A DNA stretch of 64,000 nucleotides from an uncultured delta proteobacterium (GCA_963851325.1 CAWKOR010000002.1:709859-773858), one strand, 5' to 3'; positions 18,172 to 28,600 are shown, counted from the first letter of the stretch. The notes: generated by a model not told the origin, from the letters alone. A program made the numbers and translations.

Positions 18172-19224
18172 ATGAATCGCGACTACGATTGCATCGACGA
18201 GGCATACTCGATCTTTGCGCGGACCGGCCCGGAATACGGTGGCGGACTCTCCAATCACGGACCGATGGCGGCCGAAGCGATTGCGGCGCTGGGCCGGCCT
18301 GATGCGGTTTTGCAGTGGACGACCCGATATGCGAAGCGCCTCGACGCGCATCCTTCCGCATCGTCGCGAATTTCCGAGGCCGACTGGCGCGCGGTGCTCG
18401 GCAAGGAAAAGCGCGTCGCCGATTGGATCGCGTTTTTCGATGAGTCGCTGACGGATGCACCATGGCGGGTGGTCCTCCAAAAATGGGTGGCGCGGCTCGC
18501 ACCTGGAATCGCGGCTGCCGCATTTCATGGCGTATTGCGCACGGCGCATGCGGCGCGCTCGCTCGGCGATCGCGAAACGCCCCAGCGCATCCATGAACTC
18601 GCCGAGGGCCTCGGCTACTGGGCGGCTTCTTATCAGGCGCTGCCGGGTTCGCTCGATGGGCCCCACGACACCCTGCCCTCGCATGCAATTGAATCAGTCG
18701 AGCGGATGCCGATGGAGCGTCGCAAGGTTGGGGGCTTCCTCACCGATGGCATCGCGCAGCTCGCGACCTTTCCGCCGTTCAACAATGTGCTGGGGACGGT
18801 CGATACGCGCGGCGACCTCCCGGCTCTTTTGTCGGACCTCACCGAGACCTTTGCGCGCGTGTACGTGAAGAATGCGGTCAGCTTCGGTGGCGTCATTGCT
18901 TTCATCCACTGCGTCACGGGCACGCGAGCGGTGCGCAATCTCGCACCATATATAGATGATGCGACCGCGCGCGCGGCGGCTCGATACGCATGGCAAGCCG
19001 CGGCGGGTTTGTATGTGGCATTCGGCGTGGCCGCGCCGCCACGCGATGAGCCTGCGACGGGCGACTTCCGCGCCGGCGAATTGATCGATCGCGCGCTCGC
19101 CAACGCGGATGAGCATGCCATCAAATTCACCGAGGCCTGCATCCACGAACATGCGTTGAATCCCAAGCCGGTCTACCTCGCGGCCGCGGCGCATGCGATC
19201 AGCGCGTTGCCTCCGCTCAAGTAG
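18172..19224 (+). CDS. Questin oxidase family (DUF4243) protein
   Basis: LSNHGPMAAEA, AAAFHGVLR, IHCVTG, DEHAIKF His motifs. Confidence 0.82.
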   Translation: MNRDYDCIDEAYSIFARTGPEYGGGLSNHGPMAAEAIAALGRPDAVLQWTTRYAKRLDAHPSASSRISEADWRAVLGKEKRVADWIAFFDESLTDAPWRVVLQKWVARLAPGIAAAAFHGVLRTAHAARSLGDRETPQRIHELAEGLGYWAASYQALPGSLDGPHDTLPSHAIESVERMPMERRKVGGFLTDGIAQLATFPPFNNVLGTVDTRGDLPALLSDLTETFARVYVKNAVSFGGVIAFIHCVTGTRAVRNLAPYIDDATARAAARYAWQAAAGLYVAFGVAAPPRDEPATGDFRAGELIDRALANADEHAIKFTEACIHEHALNPKPVYLAAAAHAISALPPLK

Positions 19225-19230
19225 CCTCGC

Positions 19231-19641
19231 TCACTTCGCGGGCGGGTCGAGGACCATTTGAGTCTGCGTCACAATGCCAATCAGCTTGCCCGCTTCGGAG
19301 GTGATGCGCGTTTGCCACACCATGGTGCGCCTGCCGCGATGAATCGCGGCGCACTCGGCGGTAACCTTGGTTCCAACCGGGGCCGGCGCCAAAAAGTTGG
19401 TTTTCGATTCGATCGTCGTGGTGCCCTGGCCGTCGCGCAGATTGAGAAACGTCGCATAGGCGCCGAGCGTGTCGGCAAACGCCATCAGCGCGCCGCCATG
19501 CAGCACCGCGGGATTGGTGCATAGCTCCGGACGCACCATCATCTCGGCGGCGACTCGTTCCGGCTCCGCGCTCACGATTTTGATTCCGAGCAATTCACCG
19601 AACGGCATTCGCGCCGCTTCGAGTTTCTGTTGGTCACTCAT
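19231..19641 (-). CDS. PaaI family thioesterase
   Basis: LHGGALMAFADTLG, TTTIESKTNF, GRRTMVWQT. Confidence 0.9.
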   Translation of the reverse strand: MSDQQKLEAARMPFGELLGIKIVSAEPERVAAEMMVRPELCTNPAVLHGGALMAFADTLGAYATFLNLRDGQGTTTIESKTNFLAPAPVGTKVTAECAAIHRGRRTMVWQTRITSEAGKLIGIVTQTQMVLDPPAK

Positions 19642-19754
19642 GGTGCTGATATTTCCACGCGAGGCCACGACGCGTTGTCAACCCGGCGGTGCTCTTGTAA
19701 TGATGACGCTCGAGATCCCGGTCAGGGACACTTCCCAATCGAGGAGAATGCACG

Positions 19755-20849
19755 ATGCTCAAGCCAATCATCTCGGCCGATTCGCATATCACGGAACCAC
19801 CCGGCACTTACGTCGATCGATGCGATCGCAAGTTTCGCGACCGCGCGCCGCACATGGTTCGCGATCCGAAAATGGGCGACATGTTCGTGGTCGATGGGAT
19901 GGAGCGTCCGGTGCCGATGGGGCTGCTGGCGGCGGCGGGCAAGTCGGCCAAGGAACTCGCGGTGGGCGGCGTGAAGTTCGACGAGATGCATCGCGGCGGA
20001 TGGGATCCGGAGGCGCGCATGGCCGACCAGGATCGCGACGGCATAGCCGCCGAGGTGATCTATCCGACTGTGGGCATGCTGCTCTGCAATCATCCGGACT
20101 TCGACTACAAGAAGGCGTGTTTCGATGCGTACAATTTGTGGATCGCGGATTACTGTTCGGCGCATCCCGATCGCCTGATTGGCACCGGCCAGACCGCGAT
20201 GCGTTCGGTCGAGGAAGGCATTTCCGATCTTCGCAGGATAAAGGAGCTCGGCCTCAAGGGCGTCATGATGCCCGGCAATCCCGCGGTCGCCGACTATCAC
20301 GATCCCATCTACGATCCTTTTTATGAGGCCGCGATCGATATGGAGATTCCGCTGAGCTTTCACATCCTGACCAGCAAGGCCGACAGCTTCACTGCGCGCG
20401 GCCCGCGGCTGAACAATTTTCTCGGCATCATTCGCGGATGCCAGGACATCATCGGCACCTTCATTTTCGGCGGCGTGTTCGAGCGTCATCCGAAGCTCAA
20501 GCTGGTGTGCGTCGAGGCCGACGCCGGCTGGGTGCCGCACTATATGTACCGGATGGATCACGCCTACGATCGCCATCGCCACTGGATGACCGGCGCCACG
20601 CTCTCAAAAATGCCGAGCGAGTATTTTCGCGAGAATGTCTACACCACCTTCCAGGACGACTGGGTCGCGTTCCAGATGAAGGATATGTGCAACATTCAGC
20701 GCCTGATGTGGGCCAACGACTTCCCGCATAGCGATTCGACCTGGCCGTGGTCGCAGGAAGTCCTCGCCAAGCACACCAAGAATCTCACTGAGGCGGAAAA
20801 GAACTACATCCTGCACGATAACGCGGCGGAGCTGTATCATCTGAATTGA
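19755..20849 (+). CDS. Amidohydrolase_2 family protein
   Basis: ISADSHITEP, GVFERHP, WANDFPHSDSTWP. Confidence 0.92.
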   Translation: MLKPIISADSHITEPPGTYVDRCDRKFRDRAPHMVRDPKMGDMFVVDGMERPVPMGLLAAAGKSAKELAVGGVKFDEMHRGGWDPEARMADQDRDGIAAEVIYPTVGMLLCNHPDFDYKKACFDAYNLWIADYCSAHPDRLIGTGQTAMRSVEEGISDLRRIKELGLKGVMMPGNPAVADYHDPIYDPFYEAAIDMEIPLSFHILTSKADSFTARGPRLNNFLGIIRGCQDIIGTFIFGGVFERHPKLKLVCVEADAGWVPHYMYRMDHAYDRHRHWMTGATLSKMPSEYFRENVYTTFQDDWVAFQMKDMCNIQRLMWANDFPHSDSTWPWSQEVLAKHTKNLTEAEKNYILHDNAAELYHLN

Positions 20850-20876
20850 TGAGCGCGGAATAGCTGCGTCAAGCCG

Positions 20877-20914
20877 AAGACCGCCGCCATCGCCAGCGGC
20901 GGTTTTCTTTTTTT
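20877..20914 (+). terminator. Rho-independent terminator
   Basis: ACCGCCGC-CATCGCCA-GCGGCGGT stem followed by a T-rich run. Confidence 0.82.
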
Positions 20915-21008
20915 CGAAGGCGCGACGGATTTTGCCCGCGGCGCGCTACTAATCAATGCGAACCAAAAAACGAAATCGGGGCACCGCGGTCCCAAGCGGG
21001 CTTCAGAG

Positions 21009-21599
21009 GTGGGTTCGCAACGGCGTATGCTGCAAGGTGAGCGCAAGCTGTTCGCGCCGGACTTGACGGTGCCAGACTATACCGAGGGCGACGAAACCTC
21101 TCTGCTGGAGCGGTTGCGACGCGGCGATTCCGCTGCCGCGCGCGAGTTTTATGATCTCTATTCGTCGCGCATCCACCGGTTCATCCTGCATGCGCTCGGT
21201 CCCGGCAACGAGGCCGACGCCGAAGACATTTTGCAGGAAACCTTCATGGCGCTGGCCGAGGCGATTCCATTTTTTCGCGGGCAGAGTTCGCTGTTCACTT
21301 TCGCCTGCGCCATCGCACATCGAAAGACGCTTTCGTTCATCCGAACCCGCGCGCGGCGCGGCGAATTCATGAAGGACCATACTATCGAAGCGGTGCGATC
21401 GATCATCGAGCCGCCGCCCGATCAGGATTTGAAAAACGCCCTCGCGTCGCTGTCATCGGACCATCGGGAGGTGCTGCTCTTGAAATACGTCGAGGACCTA
21501 TCGGTGAGCGAAATTGCGGCGGTGCTTTCGCTGACCGAGCATGCGGTTGAATCGCGGCTGGCGCGTGCGCGCAAGGCGCTGAGCAAAGCGCTCGATTAA
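21009..21599 (+). CDS. ECF-type RNA polymerase sigma factor
   Basis: DAEDILQETF region 2; LSVSEIAAVL...VESRLARAR region 4. Confidence 0.9.
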   Translation: MGSQRRMLQGERKLFAPDLTVPDYTEGDETSLLERLRRGDSAAAREFYDLYSSRIHRFILHALGPGNEADAEDILQETFMALAEAIPFFRGQSSLFTFACAIAHRKTLSFIRTRARRGEFMKDHTIEAVRSIIEPPPDQDLKNALASLSSDHREVLLLKYVEDLSVSEIAAVLSLTEHAVESRLARARKALSKALD

Positions 21600-21609
21600 G
21601 AAACCGGAG

Positions 21610-22064
21610 ATGAAGGAAATGAAATCTCAACACGGTGAGGCTGAAATTGCGCGGCGCCTGAAAGGGACTCGCGGGCACCAGGACGCGGCCTCCACGTGAC
21701 CTGGCGTCGCGATTCGCAGCGCGCCTGAGCGAGGTCGCCTCGCGGCCCGATGTGGTCCCGATTCATCTTTGCGGCGCGAAGCTGGAAGCTCGCGCAGGCG
21801 GTACCCTCCTTGCCGCCGCGGTGAAAAATGGTGTGCGCATGATGCATGCGTGCGGCGCGCAGACGCTGTGCGCGACTTGCCGCGTGAAGGTCACCGAAGG
21901 CGTGGAGAATCTCAGCCCGATGAGCCTCAAGGAGAAAATTTTCGCTCCGATACCACTTGTCGGTCAGCCCTCGCGTGCGGCTCGCATGTCAAGCGCGCGT
22001 GCTCGGTCCGGTCGAGGTCGACGCGGTGTTCCCCTTGTGCGGGGCCTTGCCGGGAGAAGCTTGA
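21610..22064 (+). pseudogene. 2Fe-2S ferredoxin with an N-terminal anti-sigma-like extension (~150 aa), split by two +1 indels
   Basis: ATG 21610 (MKEMKSQHGEAEIARRLK); shift at AAAGGG 21661; ...HACGAQTLCATC...; shift at AAAATTTT 21935-21942; SLRYHLSVSPRVRLACQARV...PGEA, TGA 22062-22064. Confidence 0.75.
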
Positions 22065-22065
22065 G

Positions 22066-22305
22066 ATGGCGTGGCCGGTAAAACTTCGTGCGGCGAGTTT
22101 CGCCATCGTCATCGGCGTGGTCCTGATGGAATCGGCAATCGCGTTGATCCCGATCGGACTGGCCCTGTGGTTTTTCGGAGCGATGAACGCGGCACGGGTG
22201 TTTCGCGTTCTGACGATAGTGGCATTCGTGGTCGCGCTAGCGATTGCGATTCACGGCGACCTCGGTCGGCAGGGTTACCGAAAATGGTGGAGGCTACACG
22301 CATGA
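22066..22305 (+). CDS. Small membrane protein (79 aa)
   Basis: MAWPVKLRAASFAIVIGVVL..., hydrophobic; tightly packed between its neighbours. Confidence 0.7.
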   Translation: MAWPVKLRAASFAIVIGVVLMESAIALIPIGLALWFFGAMNAARVFRVLTIVAFVVALAIAIHGDLGRQGYRKWWRLHA

Positions 22306-22736
22306 AGCAATTGCGATGGATAAAGATCCTGCTGTGGATCCTGGGCGGAGTGTCGCTCATCAACGGTATCGAGATGTTCTTTGCTCCCTCAATTTGGTTC
22401 TTTCGCCTGGTGCCCGGCGTTCCCGAGACCGGTCCCTTCAATGCGCACCTGGTCGCGGACAGCGGAACATTTTTCATTGCGGTGGGAGTCGGGCTGCTGA
22501 TCGCTGGATCAGACCCGAGACGTCATGTCGCGGCGGTGATCGTCGCCGCGATGGCCAACCTGTTTCATTCGATTCTGCACATTTACTCGCATGAGGCGGG
22601 ATTGCTGTCGCTCGAGCATCTCGGCACCGAAGTCGTGGGCATCTACCTCCCGACCCTGTTGTTGATCGCGATTGTGATCGTGCTGCTGCGAAGTCCTGCG
22701 CCTCGAGTTGCTGAAGCGACTGTTCACGCAGCCTGA
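22302..22736 (+). CDS. Four-helix membrane protein with a GPFNAH motif
   Basis: ATGA overlap with the upstream gene; ETGPFNAHLVADSG and FHSILH intramembrane His residues. Confidence 0.8.
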   Translation: MKQLRWIKILLWILGGVSLINGIEMFFAPSIWFFRLVPGVPETGPFNAHLVADSGTFFIAVGVGLLIAGSDPRRHVAAVIVAAMANLFHSILHIYSHEAGLLSLEHLGTEVVGIYLPTLLLIAIVIVLLRSPAPRVAEATVHAA

Positions 22737-22752
22737 AAAAGGAGTGATGAGT

Positions 22753-23331
22753 ATGCGGATTCGACCTCTGGAGCGAAACGAAGCAAGTTTTTCGGCGCGG
22801 CTGCTTTTTTCCATGGTCAAGCGGCAGGTCGGCAAAGTGCTGACGCCGCTGAAAGTGCAAGCGCATCGGCCCGGCATCATGTGGGGATTCGCGATCGCGG
22901 GAATGGCACTGGAGTTTTCCAAGAGCGCCGACAAAATCGTCAAGCGGCTGGTGACGATACGGACCGCGCAAATCGTCGGCTGCCCCTTCTGAATTGATAT
23001 CAACTCTGCCGTTGGCAGAGCAGACGGAATCAGCCTCGAGAAGATTGCGGAGCTGGAGAATTTCGAGCACAGCGCGCTATTCACCGATGCCGAGAAGGCC
23101 GCGCTCCGAATGGCCGAGGCGATGTGCGAACGCAGCGTGACAGTGCCGGACAAGGTCTTCGAGGAAGTACGCCGCCACTTCGACGAGAAGGCGATCGTTG
23201 AGCTCGCCGCGATGATCGCGCTGGAAAACATGCGCGCGCGTTTCAATCGCGCACTGGAGATTCCGAGCGACGGATTTTGCGAGCTTCCTGCGGACCATCC
23301 GGCGATGCGCGCCGCGTCGGCGGGGCGATGA
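22753..23331 (+). CDS. AhpD/carboxymuconolactone decarboxylase family protein with CxxU (probable selenoprotein)
   Basis: RBS AAGGAG. GCPF-TGA(22990-22992)-IDINSAVGR; ORF-track pieces 22708-22992 and 23110-23331 share a frame, and the linker is open and family-like (FTDAEKAALRMAEAM, IVELAAMIALENMRARFN). Confidence 0.9.
23004..23020 (+). promoter_or_regulatory. Candidate SECIS hairpin of the AhpD-like gene
   Basis: Perfect stem CUCUGCC-GUU-GGCAGAG after an 11-nt spacer from the UGA. Confidence 0.75.
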
Positions 23332-23373
23332 CCTCACCCCTAACCCCTCCCCTTGAGGCCTTCAGGAGAGGGG
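23332..23373. repeat. REP-like palindrome related to the 8.3-8.6 kb repeats
   Basis: CCTCACCCC...CCCCTCCCCT-N10-AGGAGAGGGG between convergent genes. Confidence 0.6.
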
Positions 23374-23431
23374 AACCAGAGGTGCGCGGGCTCGGGCCTT
23401 CGTAGTGACAAGGAGACGCCTCGATGGCGCG

Positions 23432-24226
23432 CTATCTTCGAAATTTGCGGAAGTCGGGTTTGCGCTTTTCGAGGAACGCGTTTTTTCCCTCCAGCGCTTC
23501 CTCGGTCTCGTAGTAGAGCGACAGGCCGCGCAAGGCGACCGTGCCGATGCCGCGAATCTCCTCGCTGGGCGCATTGAACGATGCCTTCGCGAGTTTGATC
23601 GCGGTCGGGCTCATTGACGCGATCTTCTTCCCCCACGCCAGCGCTTCGTTCATCAGCTCGGCCGCGGGCACCACTTTGTTGACCAGGCCCATCTCCTTCG
23701 CCTCGGTCGCGGTGAACTGCTCGCACAGATACCACATCTCACGCGCCTTCTTTTCACCGACGATACGCGCAAGGTACATCGTGCCGAAGCCGGGATCGAC
23801 GCTGCCGACCTTGGGCCCGACCTGGCCGAACTTCGCAGTGTCGGCGGCAATCGTGAGATCGCAAATCACATGGAGCACGTGCCCGCCACCGATCGCATAG
23901 CCATTGACCGCCGCGATGACGGGCTTGGGGATGTCGCGAATGATGCTGTGTAAGTCCTCGATGTCGAGACCGAGATCCGAGCGCACCGGATTGCCTTTGT
24001 AGCCGCCCTCTTCGCGCGTCGATTGATCGCCGCCGGTGCAAAATGCGCGGTCACCTGCGCCGGTTAGAATGACCGCGCCGACACTCCGATCAGCCCAAGC
24101 CAGCTTGAAAGCCTCGACCAATTCATCGACGGTCTGCGAGCGAAATGCGTTCAAGACGGCGGGACGATTGATGGTGATAATCGCCACCCCGTCATCGGTG
24201 CGATAGAGAATGTCGCCAAAGTCCAT
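23432..24226 (-). CDS. Crotonase-family enzyme, MenB/BadI-like (DHNA-CoA synthase or beta-ketoacyl-CoA hydrolase)
   Basis: AFCTGGDQ, GYAIGGGHVLHVICD, FGQVGPKVGSVDPGFG, KKAREMWYLC. Confidence 0.88.
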   Translation of the reverse strand: MDFGDILYRTDDGVAIITINRPAVLNAFRSQTVDELVEAFKLAWADRSVGAVILTGAGDRAFCTGGDQSTREEGGYKGNPVRSDLGLDIEDLHSIIRDIPKPVIAAVNGYAIGGGHVLHVICDLTIAADTAKFGQVGPKVGSVDPGFGTMYLARIVGEKKAREMWYLCEQFTATEAKEMGLVNKVVPAAELMNEALAWGKKIASMSPTAIKLAKASFNAPSEEIRGIGTVALRGLSLYYETEEALEGKNAFLEKRKPDFRKFRR

Positions 24227-24388
24227 GGTTCCTCCTGCGTGGATCCATTGCGAGATAGGAGCCTCGCCAGAGTACCCCAAGCGATTCGCGCTCGACCACT
24301 GATGCGCCCGGAGCCCGCGCGCCGTTGGCGCCGCTGGGAGACACCAGGCCCGCTGAGGAGGCTCGAAAGCATTTTCCCCGTTTCATAA

Positions 24389-25669
24389 ATGCCTGATAGG
24401 ATTGCAGGATTGCGAAACCGGGCGACCACGGTTTCCCATCAGCAAGGGATAGTGAAAGGCAAATTCTTGAAGGACCGGCGTATATCGCGCCTACGCGCGA
24501 TCCTGATCCACCGCGCGAAAACCATTCTTCGGCAAGGTCGAACAGGCTTCCAACCTCTAACTGCGCTGCTGCTCGCAACGCTATGCCTGATCGGGTGCCA
24601 TCGCGGCGACTCGGGCCAGGGCTTCGGCGGACATGGGCCGGTGCCGGTCCTGGTCGCGAAAGCGGTTCGCAGGACGGTGGCGCAACGGCTTCATGCGATC
24701 GGGCGAGTCGAGGCCTACTCAACGGTCGAGATCAAGGCACAGATTAGCGGTCAGGTGATGCAGGTCCACTTCAAGGAAGGGCAGGATGTCACCAAGGGCG
24801 ACCTGCTTTTCACCATCGACCCGCGCCCTTTCGAGGCTGCGCTCAACCAGGCAATTGCCGCACTCAATCGTGACAAGGCGCAGAAGCTTCAGATGGCCAA
24901 TGATTTCCGGCGCTACGAAACGTTGCTGAAAGAGGGAGTCGGGTCGCGCCAGCAGTATGACGAGGCGAGGTCCAAGTACGAGGCAATCGCGGCCACCGTG
25001 GTTGCCGACGAGGCTAATGTTCAGACCGCGCGGCTCAATCTTCAGTACACTCGCATCGAGTCGCCGATCAATGGGCGCACCGGCAACCTGATTCTACACG
25101 CGGGCAATCTGGTCAAGGCCAACGCGGACACCGCGATGGTGGTGATCAATCAGGTCAGGCCGGTCTATGTCGATTTCGCGCTGCCCGAGCAGGACCTCGC
25201 GGCCGTCCGCGCCAGCATGGCGTCGCATACGCTCGGCGTCGATGTGGTCGCGCCCGGCGACAAGAAAACCGTCATCCAGGGAAAGCTGAGCTTCGTCGAT
25301 AACACCGTCGATCCAACCACCGGCACCATCCAGCTCAAGGGATTGTTCGATAACCAGGATCAAAAACTCTGGCCCGGCCAGTTCGTCGATACTCACCTGA
25401 CGCTCAGCGAGCGGCCGGATGCGGTGCTGGTGCCGAGCCAGGCGGTCCAGACCGGGCAGGAAGGCTCCTACGTATTTGTCGTCGATCCGCAAATGAAAGC
25501 GGCAATTCGCAAGGTCGCCGTCGGCGACACCATTGCGGGCGACACCGTCATCGAAAGCGGTCTGCGCGGAGGCGAAACCGTCGTCACCGATGGACAGCTT
25601 CGCCTGATGCCGGGGGGCACGGTGATGATCAAGAACGCCGACGGCGCAATGCAAAGGGCGGCTTCATGA
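24389..25669 (+). CDS. RND efflux periplasmic adaptor (MdtA-like); true start may be downstream
   Basis: IESPINGRTG, VDPTTGTI, LWPGQFV, VVTDGQLRL. Confidence 0.9.
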   Translation: MPDRIAGLRNRATTVSHQQGIVKGKFLKDRRISRLRAILIHRAKTILRQGRTGFQPLTALLLATLCLIGCHRGDSGQGFGGHGPVPVLVAKAVRRTVAQRLHAIGRVEAYSTVEIKAQISGQVMQVHFKEGQDVTKGDLLFTIDPRPFEAALNQAIAALNRDKAQKLQMANDFRRYETLLKEGVGSRQQYDEARSKYEAIAATVVADEANVQTARLNLQYTRIESPINGRTGNLILHAGNLVKANADTAMVVINQVRPVYVDFALPEQDLAAVRASMASHTLGVDVVAPGDKKTVIQGKLSFVDNTVDPTTGTIQLKGLFDNQDQKLWPGQFVDTHLTLSERPDAVLVPSQAVQTGQEGSYVFVVDPQMKAAIRKVAVGDTIAGDTVIESGLRGGETVVTDGQLRLMPGGTVMIKNADGAMQRAAS

Positions 25670-28600
25670 ATATCGCGGAAGTTTTCATCCGCCGGCCCGT
25701 AATGACGACGCTGATCTCGCTGGCGATCGTCCTGTTCGGGCTGATGGCGTATCGATATCTGCCGGTCAACGACCTTCCCAACGTCGACTTCCCCACTATC
25801 GTGGTGAATGCGGGCCTGCCTGGTGCGAGCCCCGAAACCATGGCGTCTTCGGTCGCGACGCCGCTGGAGAAGCAATTCTCCACCATCGCGGGGCTGAGCT
25901 CGATGAGCTCGACCAACATCCAGGGATCCAGCAACATAACGCTGCAGTTCGACTTAAGCCGCAATCTCGATGCCGCCGCGCAAGACGTGCAGGCGGCCAT
26001 CGTTGCGACGCAATCGCAACTGCCGCTCGGGATGCCGAGTCCGCCGTCGTACAAGAAGGTCAATCCTGCCGATCAGCCGGTCCTGTATTTGTCGCTCGGC
26101 TCGACCCAGATGCCGATATCGAAGGTCGACGAGTATGCCGAGGATTATCTCGGCGAGCGAATCTCGATGGTCAGCGGCGTCGCGCAGGTCCAGATTTACG
26201 GCGCGGCGAAATACGCGGTTCGCATCCAGGTCGATCCCAAGGCACTGGCCTCGCGCGGCATCGGCATCGATGAGGTCGCGCAGGCAGTTGCGGCCGGCAA
26301 TGTGAATATGCCGACCGGAATTCTCTACGGCGCACATCAACAGTTCACCGTGCAGGCGCGCGGACAACTGGTCGATGCGGCGGCGTATCGCCCGCTGATC
26401 GTCACTTATCGCAATGGCTCACCGGTGCGCCTCTCCGACGTAGGCCGCGTCATTGACAGCGTTGAAAATGACAAGACCGCGGGCTGGACCAATGGTCTGC
26501 CGTCGGTGGTGCTCGCGATCCAGCGCCAGCCGGGCGTCAACACCGTCGAGGTAGTGGACAACGTCCTGCGGCTGCTGCCGAGCTTCCAGGCGGAAATGCC
26601 TGCGGGGCTGACAATTGGAAAGCTGGGAGACCGCGCCACCACCATTCGCGCGTCGGTGAACGATGTGCAGTTCACCCTGCTGCTGACGGTTTTTCTGGTC
26701 GTGATGGTGATCTTCCTGTTCCTGCGCAACTTGTCGGCGACCATCATCCCGAGCCTCGCGCTGCCGATGTCGATCCTCGGCACCTTCGCCGTGATGTGGG
26801 TGCTCAACTACACGCTGGACAATTTATCGCTGATGGCGATCACGCTGGCGGTCGGCTTCGTGGTCGATGACGCGATCGTGATGCTGGAAAACATCGTGCG
26901 CCACATGGAAATGGGCAAGGGGGTGCTGGAGGCGTCGCTGGAAGGCTCGCGCGAGATCGGCTTCACCATCATGTCGATGACCTTCTCGCTCGCCGCGGTG
27001 TTTATCCCGGTGCTGTTCATGGCCGGGTTGCTGGGGCGGCTGTTGCACGAATTCGCGATCACGATCGGCGCGGCCATCCTGGTTTCGGGCGTGGTGTCGC
27101 TGACTTTGACCCCGATGCTGTGCTCGCGCTTCCTGCGCCCGCCCAAGAGCGAGCGCCATGGCCACCTGTACGCGGTGACCGAACGCTTTTTCGATGGTTT
27201 GCTGGATCGCTACCAGCGCAGCCTGACCTGGGTGATGCATCATCGCCGAGCCGTCATCGTTCTATCGGGCGTGATGCTGCTCGCGACAGGATGGATGTTC
27301 TACGCGATTCCGAAAGGCTTCATCCCCAGCGAAGACAACAACAACCTGATCATGTTCACCCTCGCGCAGCAGGGAATTTCCTTCGAGTCGATGAAAAAGC
27401 ATCAGCTCGAGCTGGCGGCGATGGTCCGCAAAGAGCCGGCCATTCAGGATTTCTTCGCGAGCATCGGACCGGGAGGTCCCGGCGGCGCAAGCAACAGCGG
27501 CATCTTGTTCTGTCACCTGAAGCCGCGCTCGCAGCGCAAGTTGAGCGTCGATCAGCTCATCGACAAATGGCGCCCGCTCGCCAACACGATTCCCGGGCTG
27601 AACGTCTTCCTCCAGAATCCACCGCCGATTCGGCTCGGCGCGCAGTTCACCCGCAGCATGTACCAGTTCACGATTCAAAGCCCCAACACGGGCGATCTCT
27701 ACCGCTACGCCCCGATTCTCGAAGCAAAAATGCGCGAGCTGAAGGACTTGCGCGGGGTTAACAGCGACCTTCAGATTTCCAATCCGCAGGTCAATGTCGA
27801 AATCGATCGTGACAAGGCGCGCTCGCTCGGCGTCTCGGCACAGGCCATCGAGGACGCGCTCTACGACGCCTACGGCTCACGGCAGATTTCCACCATCTAT
27901 GCCCCCAACGACGAATATAAAGTTGAGATGGAGGTCGAGCCGCAGTACCAGGATGATCCATCGACCTTGTCGCTGCTGTATGTGCGATCGCAAACCGGAC
28001 CGCTGGTGCCGCTGAGCACCGTGGTCAAGTTCACGCGAGGCGTAGGCCCGCTGGCTATCAACCATTCGGGACAACTGCCCGCGGTCACGATTTCGTTTGA
28101 CCTCGCGCCCGGAGTGTCGCTCGCGAAAGGCCTCGACGAGGTGCAAAAGCTTGCGCGCGAGACCCTGCCGGCATCCTTCACCACCAGCTACCAGGGCACC
28201 GCGCAGGCCTTCGAGGATTCGCTGAGCGGACTCGGGATGCTGCTCCTGATGACGATTCTCATCATCTACCTGGTGCTGGGAATCCTGTACGAAAGTTTCA
28301 TCCATCCGATCACGATTTTGTCGGGCCTGCCATCGGCCGGTTTCGGCGCACTCGTGACGCTATGGCTGGTCGGAATGCAATTGGACCTGTTTGCCTTCGT
28401 CGGAGTCATCATGCTGGTCGGCCTGGTCAAGAAAAACGCCATCATGATGATCGACTTTGCGCTCGACGCGCAGCGCACCGAGGGCAAGACCCCCGCCGAG
28501 GCAATTTTTGAAGGCGCCATTATTCGTTTCCGCCCCATCATGATGACCACGATGGCGGCGCTGATGGGTGTGCTGCCGATCGCGTTGGGCGTCGGTGCGG

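Noticed and set aside
21769-22065. N-terminal part of ORF 21769-22305 and C-terminal part of ORF 21752-22081
   Set aside because: Shadow frames of the frameshifted ferredoxin; the membrane protein starts at ATG 22066.
23432-24226. Calling the crotonase menB
   Set aside because: No other men genes nearby, and BadI-type hydrolases share these motifs; left at family level.
24340-24372. Hammerhead-like CTGAGGAG...CGAAA
   Set aside because: Stem II would be a single base pair and I could not build stems I and III.
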